The notes beneath the pieces were generated by a model. The model was given only the letters and a program-made list of their open reading frames with translations. It made no database searches and was not told the DNA's origin. From contig CAZVJX010000001.1 in the NCBI GenBank assembly GCA_964627575.1, positions 1-24,969 of the forward strand: a DNA stretch of 24,969 nt, written 5' to 3'. Every line of letters begins with the position of its first letter. The stretch's first letter is position 1. A program made the position numbers and the translations under genes. The DNA comes from an uncultured Candidatus Saccharibacteria bacterium (GTDB taxonomy: Bacteria; Patescibacteriota; Minisyncoccia; Phycocordibacterales; Phycocordibacteraceae). Below are positions 16,572 through 24,803 of the stretch, one piece after another.

Positions 16572-18404
16572 ATGGCTCCTGTGCCCGGCAAGAAACATAC
16601 CCGGACCATCCTACGGGAATACTCCAAGGCGCTCCTGAAGCGCCCGTGGTATTTCCTGCTGCTCTTTGCGAGCGTCGTTGGCCTCGAAGGCTTCATGCTT
16701 GCCGAGCCGCTGTACTTCCGGCAGATCTTTAACGGCATTGCCTCGGGCACGCCCTCGACGGAGACCGCGACCCGCCTCTTCTGGATACTCGGCATCCTTG
16801 CGCTCCTGACGATCGGCGAGCAGTGCTGCCGCCGCCTCAATAGCGCGATGCTCATCGTCATCGAGAACCGGGCCATGGTGGACCTCACCGAGCGGGTCTT
16901 TACCTACGTCCTCGGCCACTCCCAGGGATTTTTCACCTCGCAATTCGTCGGGACCCTTACCCGCCGCGTCCGGCATTTCTATCAGGCCTTCGAGACGATC
17001 CTCGAGACCGTGATGACGCAGCTCTTCACGACGCTCCTCTTCGTCATTGGTGCGGTGACGATTCTCTTCCTGCGCAGCCACATCCTCGGCATCGTCCTTG
17101 CCGTATGGGTCGTGCTCATGGTCGCGCTCCAGATATGGCTCACGCGCATCATGCAGCCGCTGCGCAAGGCGCGCAGCGAGGCGGACAGCAAGGTATCGGG
17201 CGCGCTCTCGGACACGATCAGCAACCACGACACGATCCTCTTGTTCTCGGGCATTCCGCTTGAGCGCTCCGCCTTCGCGAAGATCATCGAGGCTTGGCGC
17301 GCAGCCAGCCGCCGCGCCTGGACCGCCGACGAGATGGTCTGGGGCACCATGGGTTTCTTCATGGGCCTCATCGAGCTCTTGCTCATCGGACTCGCCATCT
17401 GGCTCTGGGAGAAAGGCATCCTCACGATCGGCGACTTCATCCTCATCCAGCTCTACCTCGTCACGACCTTCAATAACGTGGTGGGCATCAACTTCACCCT
17501 CCGCCGCTTCTACAGCGCGCTCGCCGACGCCTCGGAGACCGCGGAACTCCTCGATGCGCCGCACGATATCATAGACCTGCCGGATGCCCGTCCGCTTGCC
17601 GTGAGCGCAGGAAGCATTACGTTTGCGCACGTAGATTTCAGCTTCAACGAGGCCCGTACCATCCTTAAGGACTACCGCCTCGCGCTACGCGGCGGAGAGA
17701 AGGTGGCCCTCGTCGGCCCTTCGGGCGCCGGGAAGTCCACCGTCACGAAACTTCTCCTGCGCCTCTACGACGTAACGGCCGGCTCGATCTGCATAGACGG
17801 CCAGGATATCGCGCAAGTCGCGCAGGAGAGCCTCCGTAACGCGATCGGATTCGTGCCCCAGGAGCCCATTCTCTTCCACCGCAGCCTGAGGGAGAACATC
17901 CGCTACGGCCGTCCGGGTGCATCCGACGAGGAGGTCATGGCGGCCGCGAAGAAGGCGCATGCCCACGAATTCATTTCCGGCTTCCCGCAGGGCTACGACA
18001 CGCTCGTGGGCGAGCGCGGCGTGAAGCTGTCGGGCGGCGAGCGCCAGCGCGTCGCCATCGCCCGGGCCATCCTCAAGAACGCGCCCATCCTGGTGCTCGA
18101 CGAAGCGACATCATCGCTCGATTCCGAGAGCGAGCACTACATCCAGGCAGCCCTCGATACGCTCATGGAAGGGAAGACGGTCGTCGTCATCGCGCACCGC
18201 CTCTCGACCATCATGAAAATGGACCGCATCGTCGTCATGGAGCAGGGCCGCATCGTCGCGAGCGGCACCCACGACGTGCTCCTTGCGGAAGGCGGCCTCT
18301 ACCAGAAGCTCTGGAGCATCCAGGCGGGCGGCTTCCTCATCGAGGAGGGCGACGACGAGCCGGAGGAGGCAGAAGAACCCGAGGAAGACGAGGAAGAGGC
18401 CTAG
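16572..18404 (+). CDS. ABC exporter, fused TMD-NBD (ABCB/MsbA-Atm1-like)
   Basis: N-terminal TM bundle. Walker A GPSGAGKST, signature LSGGERQR, Walker B ILVLDEATSSLD, H-loop IAHRLS. Acidic C-terminal tail. Confidence 0.95.
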   Translation: MAPVPGKKHTRTILREYSKALLKRPWYFLLLFASVVGLEGFMLAEPLYFRQIFNGIASGTPSTETATRLFWILGILALLTIGEQCCRRLNSAMLIVIENRAMVDLTERVFTYVLGHSQGFFTSQFVGTLTRRVRHFYQAFETILETVMTQLFTTLLFVIGAVTILFLRSHILGIVLAVWVVLMVALQIWLTRIMQPLRKARSEADSKVSGALSDTISNHDTILLFSGIPLERSAFAKIIEAWRAASRRAWTADEMVWGTMGFFMGLIELLLIGLAIWLWEKGILTIGDFILIQLYLVTTFNNVVGINFTLRRFYSALADASETAELLDAPHDIIDLPDARPLAVSAGSITFAHVDFSFNEARTILKDYRLALRGGEKVALVGPSGAGKSTVTKLLLRLYDVTAGSICIDGQDIAQVAQESLRNAIGFVPQEPILFHRSLRENIRYGRPGASDEEVMAAAKKAHAHEFISGFPQGYDTLVGERGVKLSGGERQRVAIARAILKNAPILVLDEATSSLDSESEHYIQAALDTLMEGKTVVVIAHRLSTIMKMDRIVVMEQGRIVASGTHDVLLAEGGLYQKLWSIQAGGFLIEEGDDEPEEAEEPEEDEEEA

Positions 18405-18453
18405 TGTGGGTAGCTGGGAGGCGGTCTAGGGCCGCGGGCTATACTGGGAGAAC

Positions 18454-18972
18454 ATGGAGGATATCGCCGTCCAGGTAGGGAACTTCACGACCGCGGCCGC
18501 GTCGAATTCCGTCGCCCTCATCAGCAATTTCATTATCCTGCTCGCGCTCACGGTGGGATTCATCCTCTTCTCCTACCGCTCGAAGGGCGGCATCGTCTCG
18601 ATGATCATGAGCTTCTATGTGGCATACGCGCTTTACCTCGTGTTCCCGTACACCAAGCAGATCATAGACACGGCCGGTTCACCGCTCATGAAGTCGGTCA
18701 TCAGCGTAGCGATCTACGCCATCGCCTGCGTCGTGCCGTACCTGTTCGTCGAGCGCCTCGTCTCGGGCGGCATCGGCATCCTCTCGGTCTTCCCGCGCTT
18801 CGGGCTCTCGTTCCTTGCAGCGACCTTCCTCATGGCGCTCGCGTACCATGTCTTCCCGGTGAGCCACATCTATACCTTCCCCGAGCCGATGAATACGCTC
18901 TTCGCTCCTGACCAGTACTTCTTCTGGTGGTTCTTGGCGCCGCTCCTCGGCCTCATTCTCCTCGTCCATTAG
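18454..18972 (+). CDS. Hypothetical integral membrane protein (4-5 TM)
   Basis: Hydrophobic throughout. TATACT lies 8 nt upstream (18440-18445). Confidence 0.85.
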   Translation: MEDIAVQVGNFTTAAASNSVALISNFIILLALTVGFILFSYRSKGGIVSMIMSFYVAYALYLVFPYTKQIIDTAGSPLMKSVISVAIYAIACVVPYLFVERLVSGGIGILSVFPRFGLSFLAATFLMALAYHVFPVSHIYTFPEPMNTLFAPDQYFFWWFLAPLLGLILLVH

Positions 18973-18974
18973 CT

Positions 18975-19148
18975 ATGTCCGTCCTCATGAAAGTAGGGCT
19001 CGCCATCTTCGTCGCGGGGCTCCTGTCGTATTTCTTCCACCACTCCGCCATCCTTTCGGCCTTCATTTCCGCCATCGGATTCGTCCTTTTCGTCCTTGGG
19101 GTCATTGGCTGGAGCCTCGAGGAGCCCGGCGACATCTCCTTCTCCTAA
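18975..19148 (+). CDS. Small membrane protein (57 aa, 2 TM)
   Basis: ATG 18975, 2 nt after the previous stop. MSVLMKVGLAIFVAGLLSYFF...AIGFVLFVLGVIGW. Confidence 0.6.
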   Translation: MSVLMKVGLAIFVAGLLSYFFHHSAILSAFISAIGFVLFVLGVIGWSLEEPGDISFS

Positions 19149-19207
19149 CCCTTACGTAATCCCAAGGTTGTCCCGATCTGGCTCTTGAGCCGGGCTATAC
19201 TGAAGGT

Positions 19208-20101
19208 ATGAATACGGAGCTTTTTATAGCCGTCCTCGCGGGCTTAGGCGGCATGTTCGGGTGGGGCCTTGCCGACTTCTTCGCAAAGAAGACGATAGAT
19301 GCGATAGGCGATATCACCAGTCTCGTGTGGGCCCATGTGTGCGGGACCATTATTCTCGCGATCCTTGCGCTCTATGAGCTGGCCCATGGCGTGACGCCGA
19401 TAACCAATATTACGGGAAATGCGTGGCTCGGTCTCATCTTCTTCGGTGTACTCCAAGCTATCGTATACCTCCTGGTATATCGGGGGTTCGGAAAAGGGCA
19501 GGTCTCGCTCCTTAATCCGGTCTTCGCTTCCTTTTCGGGAATCGTCGCATTGCTCTCGGTCGCGTTCTTCGGCGAGATACTTACCGGAAACCTCCTCATT
19601 TCCCTCGTAATCGTCTTTGCGGGAATCATGATGCTTAATCTCGATCCGGCAGCCCTCAAGGAGCGGCGCATTGCCCTGGTTTCCATTCCTGGCTTCAAGG
19701 AGGTTGGGCTCGCGACACTCTTCGCGGCGGGCTGGACCATTCTATGGAAGCAATTCGTGACCGGCCAGGACTGGCTTTGGTTCGCGCTCTATATGTACGT
19801 CTTCATGACCGTGGCGATGCTCCTATACGCCTGGGTGAGGCGCATCAGTCTGCGTATCTCCCTGTCCTCCGTATGGATTTACTTGTTCCTCATCGGCCTC
19901 TTTGAAACTGGCGCGTATATCGCTATCAGTTACGGCTACAGCCGTACGCCACTCACCAGCGTTGTCGCCCTTCTCTCCGGCGCATTCTCGCTCCCGACCA
20001 TCGTCCTCGCGCGCATCTTCCTGAAAGAGCGGGTGACTCGCTTCCAAACGATCGGCAGTCTCATCATCGTGCTTGGTATTGTCCTGGTGTCCTTGCTATA
20101 G
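19208..20101 (+). CDS. EamA/DMT family transporter
   Basis: About 10 TM in two repeats. WGLADFFAK, GQVSLLNPV, TSVVALLS...VLARIFLKERV..FQTIG.LIIVLGIVLV. Confidence 0.9.
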   Translation: MNTELFIAVLAGLGGMFGWGLADFFAKKTIDAIGDITSLVWAHVCGTIILAILALYELAHGVTPITNITGNAWLGLIFFGVLQAIVYLLVYRGFGKGQVSLLNPVFASFSGIVALLSVAFFGEILTGNLLISLVIVFAGIMMLNLDPAALKERRIALVSIPGFKEVGLATLFAAGWTILWKQFVTGQDWLWFALYMYVFMTVAMLLYAWVRRISLRISLSSVWIYLFLIGLFETGAYIAISYGYSRTPLTSVVALLSGAFSLPTIVLARIFLKERVTRFQTIGSLIIVLGIVLVSLL

Positions 20102-20110
20102 TCCCGAAAT

Positions 20111-21250
20111 ATGCCCGACACGACCAGTTCCGATTTCAGCCCGGAAGCACTTACCGCACTAGAGTACCAGACGCCGTTCTTCCTCTTCTCGAAAAAACGC
20201 ATTCTGAGGAAGCTCGATGAGTTCCGCACGAACTTCCCCCATGCGGACATCCATTACGCCGTTAAGGCGAACTCGGAGATTCCCATCCTCGAACTGCTCG
20301 ATGATGCTGGCTCCTGCTTCGAGGCCGCATCCAAATACGAACTTGATTACCTGAAGCAGGCAGGGGTGAAAGGGGACAAGATCATCTACGGAACTTCCGT
20401 AAAACCGGCTGACCATATCGCCGCATTCCATGAGTACGGCGTGGATCGCTTCTCCGCCGACTCGTTCCCGGAACTGGAAAAAATAGCCGCCCACGCGCCG
20501 GGCGCGCGCGTGTATGTCCGCATGAGCGTGAACGATACCGGCAGCGTCTTCCGCTTCTCGGAGAAATTCGGCACCGCAAAGAAGAACGTCGTCCCCCTCC
20601 TGCGTCACGCCATAGAAATAGGTCTCCAGCCATACGGTATCAGCTTCCATGTCGGTTCCCAGGCGAGCAATCCGCTCGCCTGGGCCCATGCCCTCCGCGA
20701 CGTGAGGGAAGTGATGGAAGAGCTCGATACCTACGGCATCCGCATCGAAGTCGTGAATCTGGGCGGGGGCTTTCCTTGCCATTACCTCACCACGGAAGAA
20801 ACCTCTGATCTCGATGAAATAGCGAAATTCACCCTTGAAGAGGCCGAGAAGCTCCCCTACAAGACGAAGTTCCTTCTCGAGCCTGGCCGCGGCCTCATCG
20901 CCGACTCGGGCGTGCTCGTTACGAGCGTGATTGCGCGCATCGGGCGCGGGGAGAATACCTGGCTCTTCCTCGATGCCGGTGTCTATAACGCGCTGTTCGA
21001 AGCGATGGCGTACCAGGGCTCCACGCGCTACCCGGTCACCAGCACGCGCCCCTCCTACGATGCAGGGGAGATGCTCTACGCCCTCGCCGGTCCCACGGGC
21101 GATTCCCCGGACATCATTACTCGCGAGGCTCTTCTGCCGCGCGATATGGAAATAGGGGACAGGCTCGTGATTCATAAGGTGGGCGCCTACACCCTTACCG
21201 CGACCTGCCCCTTCAACGGTTTCCCCAAGCCTCCGGTTTACTATGTCTAG
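20111..21250 (+). CDS. Fold-type III PLP-dependent decarboxylase (ornithine/lysine/arginine decarboxylase family), catalytic Cys replaced by Gly
   Basis: YAVKAN (PLP Lys), SFHVGSQ, NLGGGF, EPGR, LDAGVY, GPTGDSPD, GAYT, FNGF. Confidence 0.88.
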   Translation: MPDTTSSDFSPEALTALEYQTPFFLFSKKRILRKLDEFRTNFPHADIHYAVKANSEIPILELLDDAGSCFEAASKYELDYLKQAGVKGDKIIYGTSVKPADHIAAFHEYGVDRFSADSFPELEKIAAHAPGARVYVRMSVNDTGSVFRFSEKFGTAKKNVVPLLRHAIEIGLQPYGISFHVGSQASNPLAWAHALRDVREVMEELDTYGIRIEVVNLGGGFPCHYLTTEETSDLDEIAKFTLEEAEKLPYKTKFLLEPGRGLIADSGVLVTSVIARIGRGENTWLFLDAGVYNALFEAMAYQGSTRYPVTSTRPSYDAGEMLYALAGPTGDSPDIITREALLPRDMEIGDRLVIHKVGAYTLTATCPFNGFPKPPVYYV

Positions 21251-21268
21251 CCGATATATACTTATCGT

Positions 21269-22090
21269 ATGAACTTGAATGGTTTTCAGAAGGCCGCAGT
21301 GACATTCATGGCCCTTCTTGTCCTCTACTGGGCCTACATATTCTTCGCGCACCTTACCGAGGGGTTCCATAATTACTTCTTTTCCTTCCTCTTCGGTTTA
21401 ACGCCGCTCATCGCGGGCATTATCGCTATATTTCAGTCCCGTATCTGGGGAGGAGTGAAAAGCGCCGTGGGACGCGCCGTCTTCTTCATCGGTCTCGGCA
21501 TTTTCTGCTGGGGTGTCGGCGAAGCCATCTGGTCGTATTACAACTTCGTGCTCGCGGTCCCTGCGCCGTATCCGTCGCTCGCAGATATCGGATTTGCACC
21601 GAGCATTTTCTTCTATGGCCTGGGGACGGTCTTCCTTTCGCGCGCCACGGGAGCCCGCTATGGACTCCGTAACTCAATCGCCAAGATCTTCGTCATCTTC
21701 GCGCCGTTCCTCATCCTCGCCGCATCATATTACCTGCTGATCGTTGTTGCGCGCGGCGGAGTACTTATCCCCGACGGCGACACGGAGCTGAAGTACATCC
21801 TGGATATCGTCTATCCCCTTGGCGACTTCGTAGGTCTCACGATCGCCGTCATCGTGTCCGGCCTGTCCTTCAAGTACCTGGGCGGCAAGTACCTTCCGGA
21901 CATCATTGCACTCATGCTCGGCCTTCTGGTCATGTATATCGGCGATACGGTCTTCTCGTACACCACAACGGTGGGAACCTACTACAACGCTGATTTCGGC
22001 GATCTCATCCTCGCGACCGGCACATTCCTCCTTTCTTATGGCGCGCTGGGCTTCTCGACCCTCAAGAGCAAGCTCGTACAAGCCGTATGA
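21269..22090 (+). CDS. Stand-alone multi-pass (about 7 TM) putative membrane sensor
   Basis: Motifs WGVGEAIW, PYPSLADIGF, YPLGDF, YIGD and FGD resemble membrane input modules normally fused to GGDEF or kinase domains. No cytoplasmic output domain. TATACT lies 6 nt upstream. Confidence 0.7.
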   Translation: MNLNGFQKAAVTFMALLVLYWAYIFFAHLTEGFHNYFFSFLFGLTPLIAGIIAIFQSRIWGGVKSAVGRAVFFIGLGIFCWGVGEAIWSYYNFVLAVPAPYPSLADIGFAPSIFFYGLGTVFLSRATGARYGLRNSIAKIFVIFAPFLILAASYYLLIVVARGGVLIPDGDTELKYILDIVYPLGDFVGLTIAVIVSGLSFKYLGGKYLPDIIALMLGLLVMYIGDTVFSYTTTVGTYYNADFGDLILATGTFLLSYGALGFSTLKSKLVQAV

Positions 22091-22374
22091 CCAAGATCGA
22101 GGAAATGGCAGTCCGTATCATCAAAGAGCAGGAGCTCATCATCGGTCCTATCGCCTGGTCCGAAGCTCGGCATGTTCCGGGGCTGCAAATTCCGGAAGGG
22201 CAGTCTTCCGCGGTTACCATCGAAGGTGATGGCAGGGCAGTGATAGACAGCCTCGTGGGGCAGTACGAGCGCCTCTTCGGCCGCGCTTCCCGGGAAGCGT
22301 GCCGGGATGCGGTCGCCAGCATCATCGCGGACCTCTCCCCGTCCGAAATACCCTCTAGCCTCGCTGCTGCATAG
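22087..22374 (+). CDS. Small soluble hypothetical protein (95 aa), putative adaptor
   Basis: ATGA overlap with the upstream gene. IIKEQELIIGPIAWSEAR...LVGQYERLFGRASREACRDAV. Host-like codon usage. Confidence 0.85.
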   Translation: MTKIEEMAVRIIKEQELIIGPIAWSEARHVPGLQIPEGQSSAVTIEGDGRAVIDSLVGQYERLFGRASREACRDAVASIIADLSPSEIPSSLAAA

Positions 22375-22377
22375 CCT

Positions 22378-23697
22378 ATGGCTGCTGCGGTGGATTTCGA
22401 GCAGCAGCTGCGGGAAGCGAACACCCAGCTCTACGAACATAGCCGCGACCTGGCGGTACGCAATAAGATACTTTCGCTTCTCCGAAAGCTGTACCAGACG
22501 AGCATCCAGTCGCTGGATCCGCGTGCACTGGGCGAGCAGATCGTAGGAATCGTCCTTTCCGAGCTGGAGCTCGAACTTGCGGGCATCTTACTCTATGACG
22601 CGGGCACCAATTCGCTTCGTTCCCTTACCTATACGGGGTCCAAGCGCCTGCTCGAAGCATGTGAAGATGCGGAATGCGGGTTCTTCACGCACGACATTCC
22701 AAACGTCTCCTCGGTTCCGTTCCTGAAGTCGGCGTTCCAGGGCTCGGTCGCAGTCACCGAGAACCTCGGCGACCTTTGGGATGGCACCATTCCCGACTCC
22801 TCGCTCGAGCGCATCGCCGCCGCAGGCCATATCCGAGAGCTTCTGGTCGAGCCGCTTCGGGTAGGGGAGAAGGTGCAGGGAGTGCTTATCCTGGGCTTCA
22901 ATCGGTCCACCGACGAACTGAGCCAGTTTGAACGCGAATCCATCTACAACCTCGTGGATGTCGTCGCCATCGCGCTCGACCGCGCGCAGCTGTACGAAGA
23001 ACTCAAGATGGCCAATGAGCGCCAGGTCACGCTCATCCACTTCATCACGCACCAGATCAAGGGCTTCGTGACGAAATCGCGCTACATCTTTTCCATGGCA
23101 CTCGATGGCGATTTCGGCCCCGTGACCGACCAGCTCCGCCCCATGCTTGAGGAGGGCCTCCGTTCCGATACGCAGGGAGTGAACACCATCCAGGACATCC
23201 TGAACGCCGCGAACATCAAGAGCGGCAAGGTCGCCTACAAGATGGAGCCGTTCGACCTCAAGAATCTCATCGACCAGGTGGTCAATGTCCTGGCGCCGAA
23301 CGCGCAGCAGAAAGGACTCGAGCTCAAGCTCGAGACTGGCACCGAACCCTTCACCATCACCGGCGACCGCGAGCAACTGCGCAACGCATTCAAGAACCTC
23401 GTGGATAATTCCATCAAGTACACGCCGACCGGCTCGGTGCGTGTCGCGCTCGCGAAGGAGGCCGGCAAGGCAGTGCTGCGCATTGAGGACACGGGCGTCG
23501 GCATCACCCCTGAAGACATGAAGAACCTCTTCACCGAGGGCGGCCACGGCAAGGAGTCCACAAAGGTGAACGTCGAGTCCACCGGCTTCGGCCTCTACAT
23601 CGTGAAGAACATCATCGAGGCCCATAAGGGCGCCGTCCGCGCCGAATCGGACGGCGCCGGGAAGGGAAGCCGTTTCATCGTCGAGCTCCCGATGTAG
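22378..23697 (+). CDS. Soluble GAF-domain sensor histidine kinase
   Basis: N-terminal coiled coil, GAF-like region, H-box FITHQIKG, N-box KNLVDNSIKYT, G1 EDTGVGI, G2 STGFGLYIV. No TM segment. Starts 3 nt after the upstream stop. Confidence 0.93.
   Translation: MAAAVDFEQQLREANTQLYEHSRDLAVRNKILSLLRKLYQTSIQSLDPRALGEQIVGIVLSELELELAGILLYDAGTNSLRSLTYTGSKRLLEACEDAECGFFTHDIPNVSSVPFLKSAFQGSVAVTENLGDLWDGTIPDSSLERIAAAGHIRELLVEPLRVGEKVQGVLILGFNRSTDELSQFERESIYNLVDVVAIALDRAQLYEELKMANERQVTLIHFITHQIKGFVTKSRYIFSMALDGDFGPVTDQLRPMLEEGLRSDTQGVNTIQDILNAANIKSGKVAYKMEPFDLKNLIDQVVNVLAPNAQQKGLELKLETGTEPFTITGDREQLRNAFKNLVDNSIKYTPTGSVRVALAKEAGKAVLRIEDTGVGITPEDMKNLFTEGGHGKESTKVNVESTGFGLYIVKNIIEAHKGAVRAESDGAGKGSRFIVELPM
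23531..23689 (+). repeat. Direct repeat copy 1 (kinase 3' end)
   Basis: Aligns without gaps to 24811-24969 (offset 1280) with 9 mismatches in 159 nt. Confidence 0.97.
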
Positions 23698-23701
23698 TTC
23701 G

Positions 23702-24199
23702 ATGAAAATTCTTGGAGAACTGAATTTCGAAGACGCTGGAGACACCTCTTCTTTTCAAGTTCGACGCACCGCACGGTCCGTTGTGCATAATGCCGATAAT
23801 ATGGTGGCGCTTCTCGCCGTGACCAAGGGCGGCTACCACAAACTGCCTGGCGGCGGCATAGACGAAGGGGAGACGGCGGAGATAGCTCTCCGTCGCGAGT
23901 GTAAAGAGGAACTTGGCTGTGATGTCAAAATCGATAAATATCTGGGCTGCGTTATCGAGATCCGGCCGTCGCAGCAGGTACGGCAGGAATCTGAAGCATT
24001 TTTGGCGCATCTCATTAGCGACATTGGCGGCTCAGCTTTTACTGAAGAGGAACGAAATGCCGGGTATGAAATTCGATGGTTACCGTTGATGGACGCAATC
24101 AATCAGCTTTCTCAAGAGATCCCCACTGAACCTGGTCGTAGATATGTTCCTGAGCGCGACCTCCTTATCCTTAAGGCAGCTCGCGATTGCCTGGCATGA
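23702..24199 (+). CDS. Nudix hydrolase
   Basis: Nudix box GGGIDEGETAEIALRRECKEELG. Confidence 0.92.
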   Translation: MKILGELNFEDAGDTSSFQVRRTARSVVHNADNMVALLAVTKGGYHKLPGGGIDEGETAEIALRRECKEELGCDVKIDKYLGCVIEIRPSQQVRQESEAFLAHLISDIGGSAFTEEERNAGYEIRWLPLMDAINQLSQEIPTEPGRRYVPERDLLILKAARDCLA

Positions 24200-24339
24200 A
24201 AGAAGGATTCAGGATTCCTGTCGTTAAACATTTAGAGGATAAAGATGATCTCTTTGAGGGGAGGGACGCAGCGTTACTGTCCGGCCAGGAAGCAGAAGCA
24301 CATGAGACAACTCTCTCATTTCACTTCTCCCTCCATTGA
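24196..24339 (+). pseudogene. 47-codon ORF coupled to the Nudix gene, possible truncated remnant
   Basis: ATGA overlap. MKEGFRIPVVKHLEDKDDLFEGRDAALLSGQEAEAHETTLSFHFSLH weakly resembles a histidine-phosphatase N-terminus. Confidence 0.25.
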
Positions 24340-24445
24340 GTCCAGAAACCTGACCATCAAGCTTCCGTCGCTAATTCTATACTTTTTAATAGACTGTCAA
24401 GGTGACTAAATCTTGCAATTTGGGGATGAATTGTATAATTAATTT

Positions 24446-24757
24446 ATGTATTTCTCGCGAATTTTTAAAGTGAAGGATGGAAAACTACTCCGTCTAAAAG
24501 AGTGGATGGAACAGTTGAGTACAGTTCGCCGGTCTGAAGCCATCAATACGTTTGAGTATGAGAACGTAACACGTGAGATTTTTGTGTATTTTAAGGGCCA
24601 TGACGGAAACAATTATGTCATCGGCCTTAATGAAGCGAATGAGCCGTATCGTTCAGCTGAGCCCACAGTACCCATTAATCAGGAGCACAACTCGATAAAG
24701 AAAGAATGTTTGGAACCAATATCCGAAAAAGGCGAGGTCTGGCTTGATTTGCCCTAA
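24446..24757 (+). CDS. DUF6176-like hypothetical protein (dimeric alpha/beta barrel type)
   Basis: FKVKDGK...EWM...EAINTFEYENVTREIFVYF...YVIG...PINQEH pattern recalled for DUF6176. TATAAT lies 6 nt upstream (24434-24439). AT-rich. Confidence 0.55.
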   Translation: MYFSRIFKVKDGKLLRLKEWMEQLSTVRRSEAINTFEYENVTREIFVYFKGHDGNNYVIGLNEANEPYRSAEPTVPINQEHNSIKKECLEPISEKGEVWLDLP

Positions 24758-24803
24758 ACGCATTAAATACGGGACCATTTAACAGTGCGGTATAACGCCC
24801 TCC

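Noticed and set aside
19152-19159. TTACGTAA palindrome upstream of the EamA gene
   Set aside because: A single 8-mer with no second site; expected by chance.
23400-23409. CGTGGATAA near-DnaA box
   Set aside because: Lies inside the kinase N-box coding sequence and is explained by the protein.
569-23745. Other long minus-strand ORFs (e.g. 569-1528, 2453-3877, 8402-9439, 15462-16598, 16611-17630, 20159-21370, 22588-23745)
   Set aside because: Each fully overlaps a well-supported plus-strand gene, has no recognisable motif and shows the composition expected of antisense frames in high-GC3 DNA.
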